Below, piece by piece: positions 34,490 through 48,344 of a DNA stretch of 52,842 nt. The notes under the pieces were generated by a model. That model saw only the letters and a program-made list of their open reading frames with translations. It searched no databases and was not told where the DNA came from. The number at the start of each line of letters is the position of its first letter. Position 1 is the stretch's first letter. Origin of the DNA: Octopus bimaculoides (Eukaryota); NCBI RefSeq assembly GCF_001194135.2, contig NC_068993.1:51575712-51628553 (forward strand), written 5' to 3'. The position numbers and the translations under genes were made by a program.

Positions 34490-34965
34490 GGTGAATGTGC
34501 AACGAAAATTCTACAATTGGGAATCAAAACACAATTGTTTGATATTACAAATAATAGTACCACGTTTTAGTATTGCGAATGTACAACGATAGTATCGGTG
34601 TTACGAATGAGCATGTAAATTTTGGGTGTTGTGAATGAACAAGGAGTGGTTATGCAGCGCAAAATGTAAAGCAAAGACAAGTAAGGTTTTTGCGTTGTCA
34701 GTGAACAATATCAGTACTTGTGGTGCGAATAAACAAACAAGATTTTAGTGATGTGAATGAACAACGAAGTAAGCTCTAGCGCTGAAAATGAAGAAACAAT
34801 ATTTTAGAGTTGTGAATGTACATATATCAAAGCTTTTGCTGTTGCGAATGAAAACAGCTAGGTTTTAGTTTCGTCAATGAACAACGAGGGTTTTAGCGCT
34901 GGGAATGAAGAAAATGTCAGTGTTATGAGAGAAGAACGAAAGGTTTACCATTGAAAATGAACAAA
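34490..34965. repeat. Old ~28-32-bp minisatellite, roughly 15 or more copies
   Basis: Recurrent TTTTAG(T/C)GTTG(C/T)GAATGAACAA motif. Confidence 0.75.
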
Positions 34966-35669
34966 GATATATTCAAGTATTATGTGTAAACGAAAAAGCG
35001 TCTATAGGGTCACTCGAGTTCCTTAATATAGAAAACAAGTCTGCTCCGAGTTCCACCCATTATCGTTAATAAAAAGTAAGGAGATCAGACAATGTAGTTT
35101 GGGGCGAGCAGAAAAATGGCATGATTACTAACAGAAATTATATTCGATATTAAACCTGGCATACAAGATTCCCCTGGGACTAAACAAACAAAGCTTATAG
35201 GTATCACTTGAACAGGCAAACAAATAAGACACAGTTATCTTATATTCTCTGACTTGAACATCATAGATTAACGTTCTTTACCACTCTGCTATTACTGCCA
35301 TTATTACGTTTGGCTTTTTTTAACGCCACCACATATATCAAAACGATAATCTTACTATTGTGGAATTCTGTGCTTGTTTGTTCCAGTAGATTAGATGTTG
35401 TAATTACAGAGAATCCATTTTTATAGAATGCTGAAGATAACATCAAAGTTTTAATGAAATCGAATGTCCTTGTAAGCGAGTTGGTTTATTACATATATAC
35501 ATACGTACATACATATATACATAATATACGATACATATATACACAATTACGTAAATACGCAGATACGTATGTATGTATATATATAAAATAAATGCATATA
35601 TATATATATAATACAAATACACACATACACTCACACACATATGTATACTGTACATATCCATGCACATAT

Positions 35670-35731
<62 letters not shown>

Positions 35732-35826
35732 GTACATATATGTATATACACGTCCACAAATGTATATACATCATTTACACTTAAATCTCTGTCTTTCTCT
35801 CTCTCTTTCTCTGTGTGTGTGAGTCT

Positions 35827-35864
<38 letters not shown>

Positions 35865-36040
35865 ATTTGTGTGTGGACACAATTTTTATATAGTCAGTAA
35901 TGTATATTAGCTGACATACACACAACAATGACATTTATATGCACGCAAGAATTCAAAGATATATAAATGTATGGTATATGTATATATGTGTGTGCGTGTG
36001 CGTACGCGCGCGCATGTGTGTGTGTACGTATGTGTGTGTA

Positions 36041-36079
<39 letters not shown>

Positions 36080-36748
36080 CTGTGCGTATGTGTGCATTAC
36101 TACATAATTTTATCGCATGTAGTGTATATCCGAATCTACACGCTTTAGACTATCATTATCTTCATAAAACAAGTCACTGCTTGGAAAATGTTGGTAGAAA
36201 TATAATAGTCGGAACATTAAATATAATTCGAAAGATTTCTGGAATTATTCCAAGTGATGTGGAGGAATGTGGAGAAATGGAAGGTAATTGGAGGGTCATT
36301 CAGTTGCGTTGGTTTTCGTGATTGCCAAATAATCTTAGACAAACTGATTCCTATACAACTACATAAATACTTGCAAACACACATCCTTACAAATATATTT
36401 ACGCAGATAAAAAAAAACATACATTTTAACACATACACACGCACGCATGCACACACAAGCACACTCACACACGCAAAACAAACACATAAACATACACACA
36501 TACACACACATATATATGCATACATATTTACACATATGTATATCTATCTACATATATGAATATATGTGCATGCATATATATATATATATAAATNNNNNNN
36601 NNNNNNNNNNNNNNNNNNNNNNNNNNNNNNNNNNNNNNNNNNNNNNNNNNNNNNNNNNNNNNNNNNNNNNNNNNNNNNNNNNNNNNNNNNNNNNNNNNNN
36701 NNNNNNNNNNNNNNNNNNNNNNNNNNNNNNNNNNNNNNNNNNNNNNNN

Positions 36749-36799
<51 letters not shown>

Positions 36800-37264
36800 C
36801 ACATAAATATACACACACACTCATACATACATATATATACGTATACATATATAAAGAGAGAGAGAGAGAGAGAAATAGATAGATAGATAGATAGATAGAT
36901 AGATCGGAAACAGCGTTTCTTTTAACTGTCTATAGAACACGCCGCTGTATATTAGTTTTATACTTTATCATTTCTTATCAAGGTTTTCACATATTTTCAT
37001 AGGAATTCCTTGTAGTTTGCTCCGAACGGTAAAGTTCTTAATTCTATCATCAGCTTTAAGAGACGTTCATCATCTCATCTTCAAAGTGATAATGCCGTCT
37101 CTTTCCAGTAGACATGGTAAATGTGATGGTTGCCGATGTTAGCACCGGCATTTACATTTTTGGCGGATAGATTCATTCGTCATCAGACAGTCGTTTATTT
37201 TTGCTTGTAATTTGTATGTTTGTCCCTGTAGATATCTTAGCAATGTCCTCTGTTCTGTGCCATC

Positions 37265-37810
37265 ATTAATTGTCTATTTTTGTAAGGAATTCTCAATAGT
37301 ATAGATGTGTTGTTTACTAACATTTTACTACCAAGATTTTATTGTGTTGTGTGATTTTGTGTTTTGGAATTCTTCTTGTAAGTAATTTGTGATTTTATAA
37401 GTGTTGTACTTGTTTGTGACTGATGTATGCTGTTTGTATGTTTACTCCAGTATTGTCCTAGGTTATGTATATTGCTTCTATCATTAATCGTCTATTTTGT
37501 AAGGAATTCTCTATAGTAAAGATGTGCTGTTTACTAACGCTTTACTACTAAGCTGTTGTTTGTTTTGGTTTTTGTTGTTTTATTTCAGTGTGATTTTGTG
37601 CTTCAGAATTGCTCTTGTAAGCGAATAGTGAATTGATCGTCTGTATGTTTAGTTTTAGCATCGTCGCAGACTATGTGTATTACTTGCTTCATTAACCATG
37701 CATTTTTGAAGAAATTCTCTGTAGTACAGATGTATTGTTTACTAATGTTTTACTATCACGTTTTTATAGTGTTATGTGATTTAATTAATGCTCTTGAGCT
37801 GTGTTGATAT
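37265..37810. repeat. Diverged tandem triplication, ~210-218-bp unit
   Basis: Units start at 37265, 37483, 37691 and share ATTAA..TTTTG.AAG.AATTCTC.ATAGTA.AGATGT..TGTTTACTAA. Confidence 0.85.
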
Positions 37811-38149
37811 TTGTTGCAAGTGAACTGTGAACGAATAAGAAAGCGTTGCACTTGTCTGACCCATATAAAAGTTGGAAACATAAAGTTTACAATTTACGCA
37901 TATTTTTGGCATATTTTATCAGAAGACAGTGCCTCTGTTCCGTTAGAGAGATTAAGGGATTGGCGCAAGGCAGGAAGAGGAAGGTGTTCAGAAAACGGAA
38001 GCCTAGAACTAATTCTTGCAACAGAATAGTCTCCCTAAAAGGCACCGAAATGCTAGGGGATGTGTTAAACCGTGTAAACCATAGCCGGATTTGCTCTCAG
38101 GACACAACAACCAGGAAAAAAATACTGTAAGGCATCCAGTCCAACGTCC

Positions 38150-38300
38150 TTACAATTACACCGATCCACAACGATGGAATGGTACATTTTATTCCCTCCA
38201 AGAGAATGAACGGTAAATTTGGCCTCAGCAAGATTTGAAATTACAGTACAGAGACCGGAACTAAATTCTATGACAGGATATCTAACGACTGATATTTCAC
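38150..38300 (-). mobile_element. SINE family A, strongly diverged
   Basis: GGTACATTTATT..GAGAATGAACGGTAAATTTGGCCTCAGCAAGATTTGAA. Confidence 0.55.
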
Positions 38301-38404
38301 CACTTAACATTAAAATATGTAAAAGATATTTGTCACGAAGAGTATCTTACTTTTTATGTTCTTGAGATTTGTTATCAAAATTAGTTAGTTTTTTTTATTC
38401 TTTT

Positions 38405-38450
38405 ATTCTTTTACTTGTTTCAGTCATTTGACTGCGGCCATACTTGAAGG
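38405..38450 (-). mobile_element. SINE family B extreme 3' fragment
   Basis: TTCTTTTACTTGTTTCAGTCATTTGACTGCGGCCAT, as at ~42990-43025. Confidence 0.85.
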
Positions 38451-38485
38451 ACGTTTTTTTTTTTTTTTTGATATTATCTTTTTTT

Positions 38486-38678
38486 AAGCCGGCGTACCTG
38501 GCAGAATCGTTAACACGCCGAACAAAATGTTCTCAGTTCAAATTCTATCGAGGTCGACTTTGTCTTTCATCCTTATGGTATCGATAAAATAAGCACCAGT
38601 TAAACACTGGGATTGATGTAATCGACCAATCCACTTCCCCGAAATTGCTGGCCTTGTGCCAAAATTTGAAATCATTAT
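38486..38678 (+). mobile_element. SINE family A (GCCTTGTGCCAAAATTTGAAA tail)
   Basis: CTGGCAGAATCGTTAACACGCC..GAGGTCGACTTTGTCTTTCATCC..GATGTAATCGAC. Confidence 0.9.
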
Positions 38679-40196
38679 TGTTTTTAACTTTAATGGTTTT
38701 GTTGTGCATATTTAATATTAGCTTATTGTGCAGTTCAATGGATTTGGGGTTCTGTTTAATGAAATTTTTATAATGCGCACATCTATTCTGTATTGAATGT
38801 GCATTTGACTCACGCCATTCGCTTTATCAACGTTTTCAGTATTTTTAATCACAGGAAATGTCATCATTTTGTTCACTTATACGCCATGGATTCCGGGTAA
38901 CCAGCTTCATGAATCCTTGAGCAGGAGATAGTAATGCCTAGGGTTTGATAAAGGTGAAGTGTATATCATTCTCTATGGTGTTGATTCCACATACTTTTTT
39001 TTACTATTGTTCAATCTCTTACCATAATTATATTTCAATGTTTGACGATCAGTTGTACAACTACCAATTAACTTCAACGTGAATATTAATAGCATTTTTG
39101 TTGGAATTCGCAGAGTAGCAGCATTATACAATGTTAAATATAGGATGTAGAAATAAACATGGTTTAGAGTGAGATATAGCTGAGTGTTCTAGCCTTGACA
39201 GACTGTTGGTTTGTAACTCTCAACCATATTAAATTTTGACCTGTATTAAATTAAATAGATATGTGCATTGCTAAATCTAATACTTGAATGCTAATAAATA
39301 AGACTATCTTAAGAATATAATCTTAAGTAAATTATGTGAATACTGCTGACCCGTAATCTGACACACTAGTAAACCATGCTAAGTTATTCAGATAACTCTC
39401 ATTACAGATTACCAAAATCTAATGGTAAACTAACCACAATACCCTACAGATTATCAACAACCGAGGCATATAAATAACTCTGTTTGCTTACATAGACGAT
39501 AGAGCGGAACCATTTAGACTCAAACAGCCGTATTTCACATTTAATGAGCATAAAGCACATTTCGATAATATGCTTATCATGGGAATTATGAGCACTGCGA
39601 ACCCTCACACAAGAATGATCAATAAACATTTACTGACTGACATTAGTTGTGAACACAAGAAGGTATTACGCTGTAGGCTTTGGAATTATATTCTTAATGC
39701 TATAAGAAGTTTAATTTTATCCCTGGCGAATACACCGAACTTTTTGCAGCGAGAACTACAAGGCATCATTTGGAAGAACTTGATCATAGACACCTTTGAT
39801 TATAGTAAATCGATTGGGAAATACAGAGAAGCGAAAGAGAACATTCCATTTGAAAGAAAACGTTCAATTTGATGAGAGAATGGACCCTTAAAATACGGCG
39901 AAGACCAGCGTTTTAGATATTCTTAATATCTAACTAAAAATCTAAATTTCGAAACAATCAAGGTTTATACCGAAAGTACATTAGATGTGTAACAACATCT
40001 CAGAGTCTGGTGGTCACTTGATCCGGTGTTAAAACGGAGGTAGCTGATGAAGTAGAATGTTCTCTATGTGGCTTGTGTGTTTTCACGTCTACGTATTGTT
40101 TGCAATGTCCTGTACCCAGATATGCACCTATACATACAGGTGGACGTCGGTACGCACATACCTGTACGTATATATGCATATACTCATTTACTATTT

Positions 40197-40246
<50 letters not shown>

Positions 40247-40291
40247 GGGGGGAATGTGCGTGTGTGTGTGTTTGCATGTGTGTGCGTGTAT

Positions 40292-40452
40292 GCGTAGGTG
40301 TGACTGTGTGGTAAGGAGCTTGCTTCCCAACCACATGATTCCGAGTTCAGTTTTACTGCGTGGTACCTTCGGCAAGTGTCTTCTACTATAGCTCCAGGTC
40401 GATCAAGGCCTTGTGAATGGATTTGATAGACGAAAACTGAAAAGAAGATCAT

Positions 40453-40457
<5 letters not shown>
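40292..40457 (+). mobile_element. SINE family B head, continuing into (TG)n and a gap
   Basis: GACTGTGTGGTAAGGAGCTTGCTTCCCAACCACATG..GAGTTCAG..ACCTTCGGCAAGTGTCTTCTACTATAGC. Confidence 0.92.
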
Positions 40458-40533
<76 letters not shown>

Positions 40534-40832
40534 NNNNNNNNNNNNNNNNNNNNNNNNNNNNNNNNNNNNNNNNNNNNNNNNNNNNNNNNNNNNNNNNNNN
40601 NNNNNNNNNNNNNNNNNNNNNNNNNNNNNNNNNNNNNNNNNNNNNNNNNNNNNNNNNNNNNNNNNNNNNNNNNNNNNNNNNNNNNNNNNNNNNNNNNNNN
40701 NNNNNNNNNNNNNNNNNNNNNNNNNNNNNNNNNNNNNNNNNNNNNNNNNNNNNNNNNNNNNNNNNNNNNNNNNNNNNNNNNNNNNNNNNNNNNNNNNNNN
40801 NNNNNNNNNNNNNNNNNNNNNNNNNNNNNNNN

Positions 40833-40866
<34 letters not shown>

Positions 40867-41227
40867 TGCGAAAATTATAAGATTAGAGAATATAGAAAAA
40901 TTCTCATAGCGGTGGCTAGCAGCAATCCCAATGATGAAGTATGGATGACAAATTATTGTATTTGTTCATTAATACAAAAACTCGAGTTTAGGAATTACTC
41001 TTTTTCGTGGTTGTGTTTGGCTGCCCTTTCTAGCATGTATGGTATCCTGACAAGGGTCAACTCTCTGTGTATAAATACTTATACATTCTTTTATAAATAT
41101 ATAACGAGACGTTTGGCCGATTGAAAGAATGTCATTTGACTGACTAGCTCCACTGAGAGGTAACTCAACGATGTCGGTTATGACAGACTTGCTGTAGCTT
41201 TAATATATATGTGTATTTGCCTGCATG

Positions 41228-41294
<67 letters not shown>

Positions 41295-41528
41295 ATATAT
41301 ACATACATCCATACACACAAACACATGCACAAGGTTAAGTCTATTCATGTAATTATGTGTGTGTGTATGTGCGTCTATTTATATACATATCATGCCAGTA
41401 TGCTTCGTTTTCTATACGCGTGACGCATGTTTATGCATACACTAATCTTCAATTTTATATATCTAGATATGTATACATATTTACATAACCAGCTATATAC
41501 ATATACATACATATATACATATGCATAT

Positions 41529-41645
<117 letters not shown>

Positions 41646-42252
41646 TACATATGCATACATATGTAAATATATAGATATTTATATATACACACACGCACGC
41701 ACATGCATTTATATATATGCATATTCTTCTATAAAGGTATGAGCAATCCACAATCGAGTATCCTCGTATATTTGTCTTGTATAATGAGCTAGGAACCTTC
41801 GAAACTACAGTATATATATGTGCGTGTGATTTTATACGGCTGCAAGATTTCTTGGAGTAATATGGTCATTATGAGTGCTAGAATAGCATTGTATCAGATT
41901 ACAGACTAACCTATCTTCAATATTCTTTAATTTGCTCTCAGATCATATACGTTTATATCTGGATTTAACTATTTTAGTGTGTAAGTCTGTCCTATTAAGA
42001 ATATTCACACATTTTATTGCAGATAATATTCTTAAGATATTTTATAGTTTCACATTCGAGTATTCGGATTATCTATTCGCAGATCAATTACAATTTTGGT
42101 TTGGTTGGCACCCCAAGACAACAGACGGTCAAGTCTTTAACACCCTTTTATATGCCGCCCAGCATTCTTTACAATGCTATCCTCGTCCGTAGTTTGACTT
42201 TGTATCATGTACCTCTGTCTCCTCTATCTCTCACTCACTCTCCCTCTTTCTT

Positions 42253-42315
<63 letters not shown>

Positions 42316-42407
42316 CATTACCTCTCCAAACAATAAAAAAAATTTATAGATAGCATTTACACTGAAACTAGTCTCCAATAAAATCATATGTATATATATA
42401 TATGCGT

Positions 42408-42492
<85 letters not shown>

Positions 42493-42988
42493 GAGGGAGA
42501 GAGAGATGCATATATATATACATATATATCTAGAGAGAGAGAAAGAGAGAGGGAGATATATATATATATATATAAAGACATACACACACACACACATATA
42601 TATATATATACATACATATGCTTCCATAGAGATATGCTTAATCGCATACGAACAAATGTTTGTATATGTAATGTACGTATATGAATGTGTGTGTGTGTGT
42701 GTGTGTGTCTTTCTGTGTGCATACATACGGGCATACACACACGTACCTTTACACAGTGACAGATGCTCACTTTGTTTGAATTGAGTGAAGACGCAACGGT
42801 ACATCGTGGAAACCCCACTGTGACAACCCACTGAACAGACTGACCCCAGCCCCATCAAACACGAGCATTTAGTATACCTTATAGTATATTGTGTTTGGAT
42901 AGCGAAGTACCACGTACCTGCAAATTTTTAGTGTTTTGATAATATATATATCAGTTCTCAGTCAGGACCAAAATAAGAATACATATTC

Positions 42989-43374
42989 TTTCTTTTACTT
43001 GTTTCAGTCATTTGACTGCGGCCATGCAGGAGCACCGCCTTTAGTCGAGCAAATCGACCCCAGGACTTATTCTTTGTAATCCTAGTACTCCATATATCGG
43101 TCTCTTAGGCCGAACTGCTATGTTACGGGGACGTAAACACACCAACTTCGATTGTCAAGCGATGGTGGGGAAACAAACACAGACACACAAACATATATAG
43201 ATATGCATATATACGACGGGCTTCTTTCAGTTTCCGTCTACCAAATCCAGTCACAAGGCTTCGGTCGGCCCGAGGCTATAGTAGAAGACACTTGCCCAAG
43301 GTTCCACGCAGTGGGATTGAATCCGGAACCATGTGGTTGGTAAACAAGCTACTTACCACACAGCCACTCCAGCA
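42989..43374 (-). mobile_element. Full-length SINE family B (best copy in the window)
   Basis: Minus strand: GGAGTGGCTGTGTGGTAAGTAGC (A-box-like), GGTTCCGGATTCAATCCC (B-box-like), ACCTTGGGCAAGTGTCTTC (CORE-like), internal (TA/TG)n, 3' module ending GACTGAAACAAGTAAAAG. Confidence 0.95.
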
Positions 43375-43674
43375 CCTATATGTCTATCTTTATTTTTTTA
43401 ATCAGGAGGGATTGCAACGCAGGGCTTTGTAGAACGTTGAATGGAAGCAGAGTTCTAGTCCTAAAACTTGCAATAGAACGGGCCCCGTTGGATGAGTAAG
43501 GTTCCAAATGATGAAGCTAAATTGAGCATATCGCTTAAGTAGATGACGGCGTGAGTGAACAAGGGACTCAAAAATCCGGAATTAACATTGAAAGGCAACT
43601 GCTTCAATATCCTTACATTTTAGTCGTTCTTCTGTGCAGGATTCGTATTTTATTTATTTATTTATTTATTTATT

Positions 43675-43809
43675 TTTTGTATCAACTCCAATACGGATGA
43701 AAATCAAAGTTGACCTCGGTGCAATACGATCTCAGAACACAGAGAATCGCAACGCATAACACAAAGCAGTCTATATCCTACTCTCTAACGAGCCTACCAC
43801 TTTGCCGCC
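43675..43809 (-). mobile_element. SINE family A, diverged
   Basis: GGATGAAAATCAAAGTTGACCTCGG..CTCAGAAC..CTAACGAG..GCCGCC. Confidence 0.65.
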
Positions 43810-44789
43810 AACCAATTTGGATGGCAAAATACGTAGTTTACCAGATATAGTTTACCTAATGTAATTTGAACTCATATACTAAACACAATAGTATAATACA
43901 TTTTAGTACAAAACACTTTAGTCCGTGACTTTACAGGTTCTGGTAGCCAACAAAACATCCACCCCGCCTTCCATCCACTTCTGTTTAACCATTAAAAAGT
44001 GTTAAATCAATCTTCAGCAGTTAACGCCTCGGTGAAGAAAGATTGGTTTAGTGCAACTTATGCACACCTAATGCACATTTCGAGTCGAGTCCATCTCGCG
44101 TGTTTTTAATATATCTGCCGGTGTCAAAACAAGAACTGGGTATTTAACCTCATGTCATCAAGAAGTGTCTAATCTAATTTTAAAACTGAAATCAAATCAA
44201 GTGAAATAGTTCCAGCTATCGACAACAGTCAATGAGATGAGGTGTGAAAACGAGTGTCGGGAAAGCACGATATGCGGTATAGGTAAGGTGGCGAAAGATG
44301 GCGGCGATGAAGGCGATGTTACTGGTGGTGGTGGTGGTGTTAGTGGTGGTGGCGGTGGCGTATGGTGATGGTGGTGGTGGTGTGCTAGGAGTTGTAAAGT
44401 GATTTTGTTAGGTTTTGTCAGAGAATGGGTAATGGATAATATTTACCCTCCGTTTAGTCGCCCTTGGTGATTGCTGATTGGTATTTCAGGGAAGGATGTG
44501 TGTACATTNNNNNNNNNNNNNNNNNNNNNNNNNNNNNNNNNNNNNNNNNNNNNNNNNNNNNNNNNNNNNNNNNNNNNNNNNNNNNNNNNNNNNNNNNNNN
44601 NNNNNNNNNNNNNNNNNNNNNNNNNNNNNNNNNNNNNNNNNNNNNNNNNNNNNNNNNNNNNNNNNNNNNNNNNNNNNNNNNNGTGTGTGTGTGTGTGTGC
44701 AAGGTGGTTGTTAATCTAGAATGGCGGTTTTGACGCCTTTCTGTTAATTTTAAAGGAAATTACTCAAATAAATGAAGTTGATGTTGTTT

Positions 44790-45290
44790 TCTCCTCCACA
44801 TCCTCCACAACCACCAACACTACAGCCAACCATTAACACCAGCAACAACGACAACAACAACAACAACAACAACTATGCGAGCACCAATACCACCAATCCC
44901 ACCATCATCATCATGACCATCATCAGCAGCAGCGGCAACAGCAGCAGCAGCTAAATCATGATCTAAATCATCATCATTGTCAACATCTCCAACATCGTTG
45001 TTGTCGTCGTCGTCGCCGTCATGGCCATGATCCTGACCATCGTCATCATCATATTCGTCGTCATCTTCATCATCGTCAACATCATGGTCGTCGCCATTAA
45101 GCATCTTCATCACCATCATCATTATCATCACCATCATGTCTCTCCGTCCTTATTATTCACCTCCTCCTTCACTTCCAGATTTTCCCCTTCATCATGACCA
45201 TCATCATCATGTCCACCACCACCACCACCACCACCACCACAACAACAACAACAACAGCAGCAACGACAACAACAATAACACCAGCGAGGC
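44790..45290. repeat. Compound triplet low-complexity tract (CAA/CAT/CAC/CAG/GTC)
   Basis: Direct reading. Confidence 0.9.
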
Positions 45291-45885
45291 ATCTTAATTA
45301 AATTATCTGCTTTATTACAAAGACTATTCTCACAGAATGACAGTTTGCCGGATCAGTTTTAGTAAAATGTAATAATAGAACATAGCGTACAATAAAGATG
45401 ACTTTTGTTATTAATATTTGCAGAGACGTAAGGACGTGAAGGTTGGAAGAACAGTGGATGAGCACCGCCCTAGATGCGGCACCAACATTTATTCATGTCA
45501 ATTTACTCTAGGTTTCGCACATCGAATCCCGAAAGTCATGTCACTACGATTATTCATATTTCTATGTGATGTGTGTATGTGTGTACGTGTGTGTGTACGT
45601 GTGTGGGTACGTGTGTGTGTACGTGTGTGTGTATGTGTGTACGTGTGTGTGTGTATGTGTTTGTGTGTGTGTGTTTTGTGTGTGTATGTGTTTTGTGTCT
45701 GTGTGTGTGTGCGAAGGTGCGTGGCTTAATGGTTAAGATGTTACACCGGGCATCATCATCATCCTCCTCCTCCTCCTCCTCATCATCATCATCATTATCA
45801 TCACCACCATCATCGTTATCATCATGATCATCGTCATCTTTTCACCTTACTCAGGTTCCAGCAATACATGGGCAAGTAAAGCAAG

Positions 45886-46084
45886 GCAAGCTGCCAGAAT
45901 GGTTAGCACGCTGCGTGACATTTCGCTCGTCCTTACGTTCCAAGTTCAAATTCCGCCGAGGTTGACTTTGCATCTTACCTTTTTGGGGCCGATTAAATAA
46001 GTACCAGTTGAACACTGGGGTTTATTTAATCGACTCAGCTCATCCCCCACACCTGCTGGACTTGTGCCAAAATTTGAAAACAAT
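45886..46084 (+). mobile_element. SINE family A
   Basis: CAAGTTCAAATTCCGCCGAGGTTGACTTTGC..TAAATAAGTACCAGTTGAACACTGGGG..TTGTGCCAAAATTTGAAA. Confidence 0.9.
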
Positions 46085-46348
46085 ATATAGGCAGTTAAAC
46101 CCGTCCGTGTCCCGTTCAGGTAGAGCGGAGTTCGATTTGATAATCTAATAATAATTCTGAGTTCAATTTTATCATATATTTTGCTAGTTTCTTAAAAAGA
46201 AAGAAAGGAAGGAGTTAAATCTTTGCTCATACTTCTGTTTATTTCGCAGTTCAGGTATAGATAACCAGGGAAGTACTTTTGAAGTTTCCGGTTACGAAAT
46301 TGTCCTTATGTTTGCACTAACATCATTACGTTAGTTTAATGAGAATAC

Positions 46349-46578
46349 GGTGAGCTGGCAGAAACGTCAGCATGCTGGGCGAAATGCTTTGCTGTATTTC
46401 GTCTGCCGCTACGTTCTGAGTTCAAATTCCGCCGAGGTCGACTTTGCCTTTCATCCTTTCGGGGTCGATAAATTAAGTACCAGTTACGCACTGGAGGTTG
46501 ATGTAATCGACTTAATCCCTTTGTCTGTCCTTGTTTGTTCCCTCTATGTTTAGCCCCTTCTGGGCAATAAAGAAATAA
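46349..46578 (+). mobile_element. Young SINE A subfamily, full length
   Basis: GGTGAGCTGGCAGAAACG..GAGTTCAAATTCCGCCGAGGTCGACTTTGCCTTTCATCCTTTCGGGGTCGATAAATTAAGTACCAG..TTTAGCCCCTTCTGGGCAATAAAGAAATAA. Confidence 0.95.
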
Positions 46579-46769
46579 GAAACGTCGACACGCCGGTCAA
46601 AATGCTTGGCGGCTTTTTGTTCATCTTTATGTTCTGAGTTAAGATTCCGCCGACTTTGCCTTTCATCTGTCGGAGTCGATAAAATGAGTTCCTGTTGAGC
46701 ACTTGGGTCGATGTAATCGACTTAACACCTCCACTGAACTTGCTAGCTTTGTGCCAAAATTTTGAAATC
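46579..46769 (+). mobile_element. Older SINE A lacking its first ~15 nt
   Basis: Starts GAAACGTCGACACGCCGG directly after the young copy; ends GTGCCAAAATTTTGAAATC. Confidence 0.88.
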
Positions 46770-48302
46770 GAAAAATTAAATACCAATTGAATACTGGATT
46801 TGATATAATCGAACAGCACTCACCCCACAAAATTTCATGTCTTGTCCCTATCGAAAAAGGATTATGTTAATCCACTTGCCCAAACCGCCGCACAATAATA
46901 TGGAGTCCCGAGGCATACATTTGCGAAGTGTAGTTGTTAAACTCATAGCCAATACTGAAACATTATCTAGTGCGGTGAGGCAAATCAAAGCGATACATGA
47001 GTAAGAGATTTGAAACCAAGTTATTGAAGTTATCAGAGGTTGTATAACCGCAGGTCAGCTCTAAACCATCGAACCGAGAGCAAGTAGATTTTGTTGGAGT
47101 TTAGGGTAGGAATGATTGTAGCTTTTGATTTCTGTGATTTCGCATCTGTAAATTAATCACTTTCAATTTATTGGCAAGTGATTAAATGGCCTTTTGCCAA
47201 AATTACTTCGTTGTTTCTGCCGTCTTGTAAATGACGCGAGTGATTGTAAGTGACTTACTCGGTGTAAAATCGTCTTCCAGTTACTACCAACACCGCACGA
47301 TCATACCAGCACCACCACTACCACCACATTTTTAACTACCAATACACTAATAATGCTGTCACTATAATGATGTCTAGTTACTTAACCTCCCTCAACCAAC
47401 ATGAAATATCCCAAAAAACAGCGCTTCTGAAAACCTTTTCACACTCCAGCGAGATTTCAAAATCGTTCTAACACCCAGATATGAGAATTTTATTTTATTT
47501 TGCAACTACATACTCAATATTTCAAAAACTATTCAACACATTAGCGGTTGTGACTGTTAAACTATGCTTGATATGTGTTGTGGTGCAGAGAGAGATCTGT
47601 GTGTCTTGTAGAGTTTCCAGCCCATTTCGTATGACAAGAAGTTGTGTAAATCAACAACAAAACAAGCAAAAGAAAACTTTGTTTAATGCCTCCTTCTGAC
47701 ATCGTTAGCTAAAAGAAATACCTTACGTGGGCACGCATCTAACGCGCTAAAAATGCTGCCATATATTCCTCATTTCAACGCTCTGCTTGGGAAATAAAGG
47801 TGATGCATTGGATTATTATAGTCTAGTGTTCGTCAGGTATAAACGAGATAGTCAGGACGGGAAAGTTTTGATCCAAGAGCTGCTCTATCAGGTCTTTCCT
47901 GGTGTTAAGCAATATCGTCTTACTGTCACCTTTCTTGCGTCGAGGAATAAAATTAGAGTGTGTAAGCACACACACAATAACTTTAAACTCGTTTTTTCCT
48001 CCTTTATATACATCATAAAAAATATTTATTTTTATTTAAAATCAAAACACAAGGTACAAGTTTAAAGAATGTATACATTATTGATATTTATGTACTTGCA
48101 CTCAAATCACAATGAAAATGGTTTACTCTAAGCTCATAAATTATAATTATATTTAAAAATTTAACATTAAAAAAAAACGAACAGCTATGATTTGTAATTA
48201 CAACAAAATTTAAGTATAAATCAAAACAATATAAAAAAAATAATGGAACAAAATTTACATCTTCTTTTGGTTAGGTTCCATCCTACGTATTATACACTAG
48301 AG

Positions 48303-48338
48303 CAGTGATTCTTAACCATTTTTTTACCTATGGACCCC
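48303..48338 (+). mobile_element. hAT/Charlie-like MITE terminus remnant
   Basis: CTAGAG|CAGTGATTCTTAACC..GGACCCC: CAGTG terminus next to a CTAGA-type target. Confidence 0.45.
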
Positions 48339-48344
48339 ATTGTT

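Noticed and set aside
38855-38896. 42-nt symmetric micro-exon candidate (NVIILFTYTPWIP)
   Set aside because: Weak GTAACC donor, no homology, readily expected by chance.
44300-45290. (GGT)n and (CAC)n tracts as an inverted repeat; D/H/N-rich ORFs
   Set aside because: Complementarity and open frames follow from triplet composition alone.
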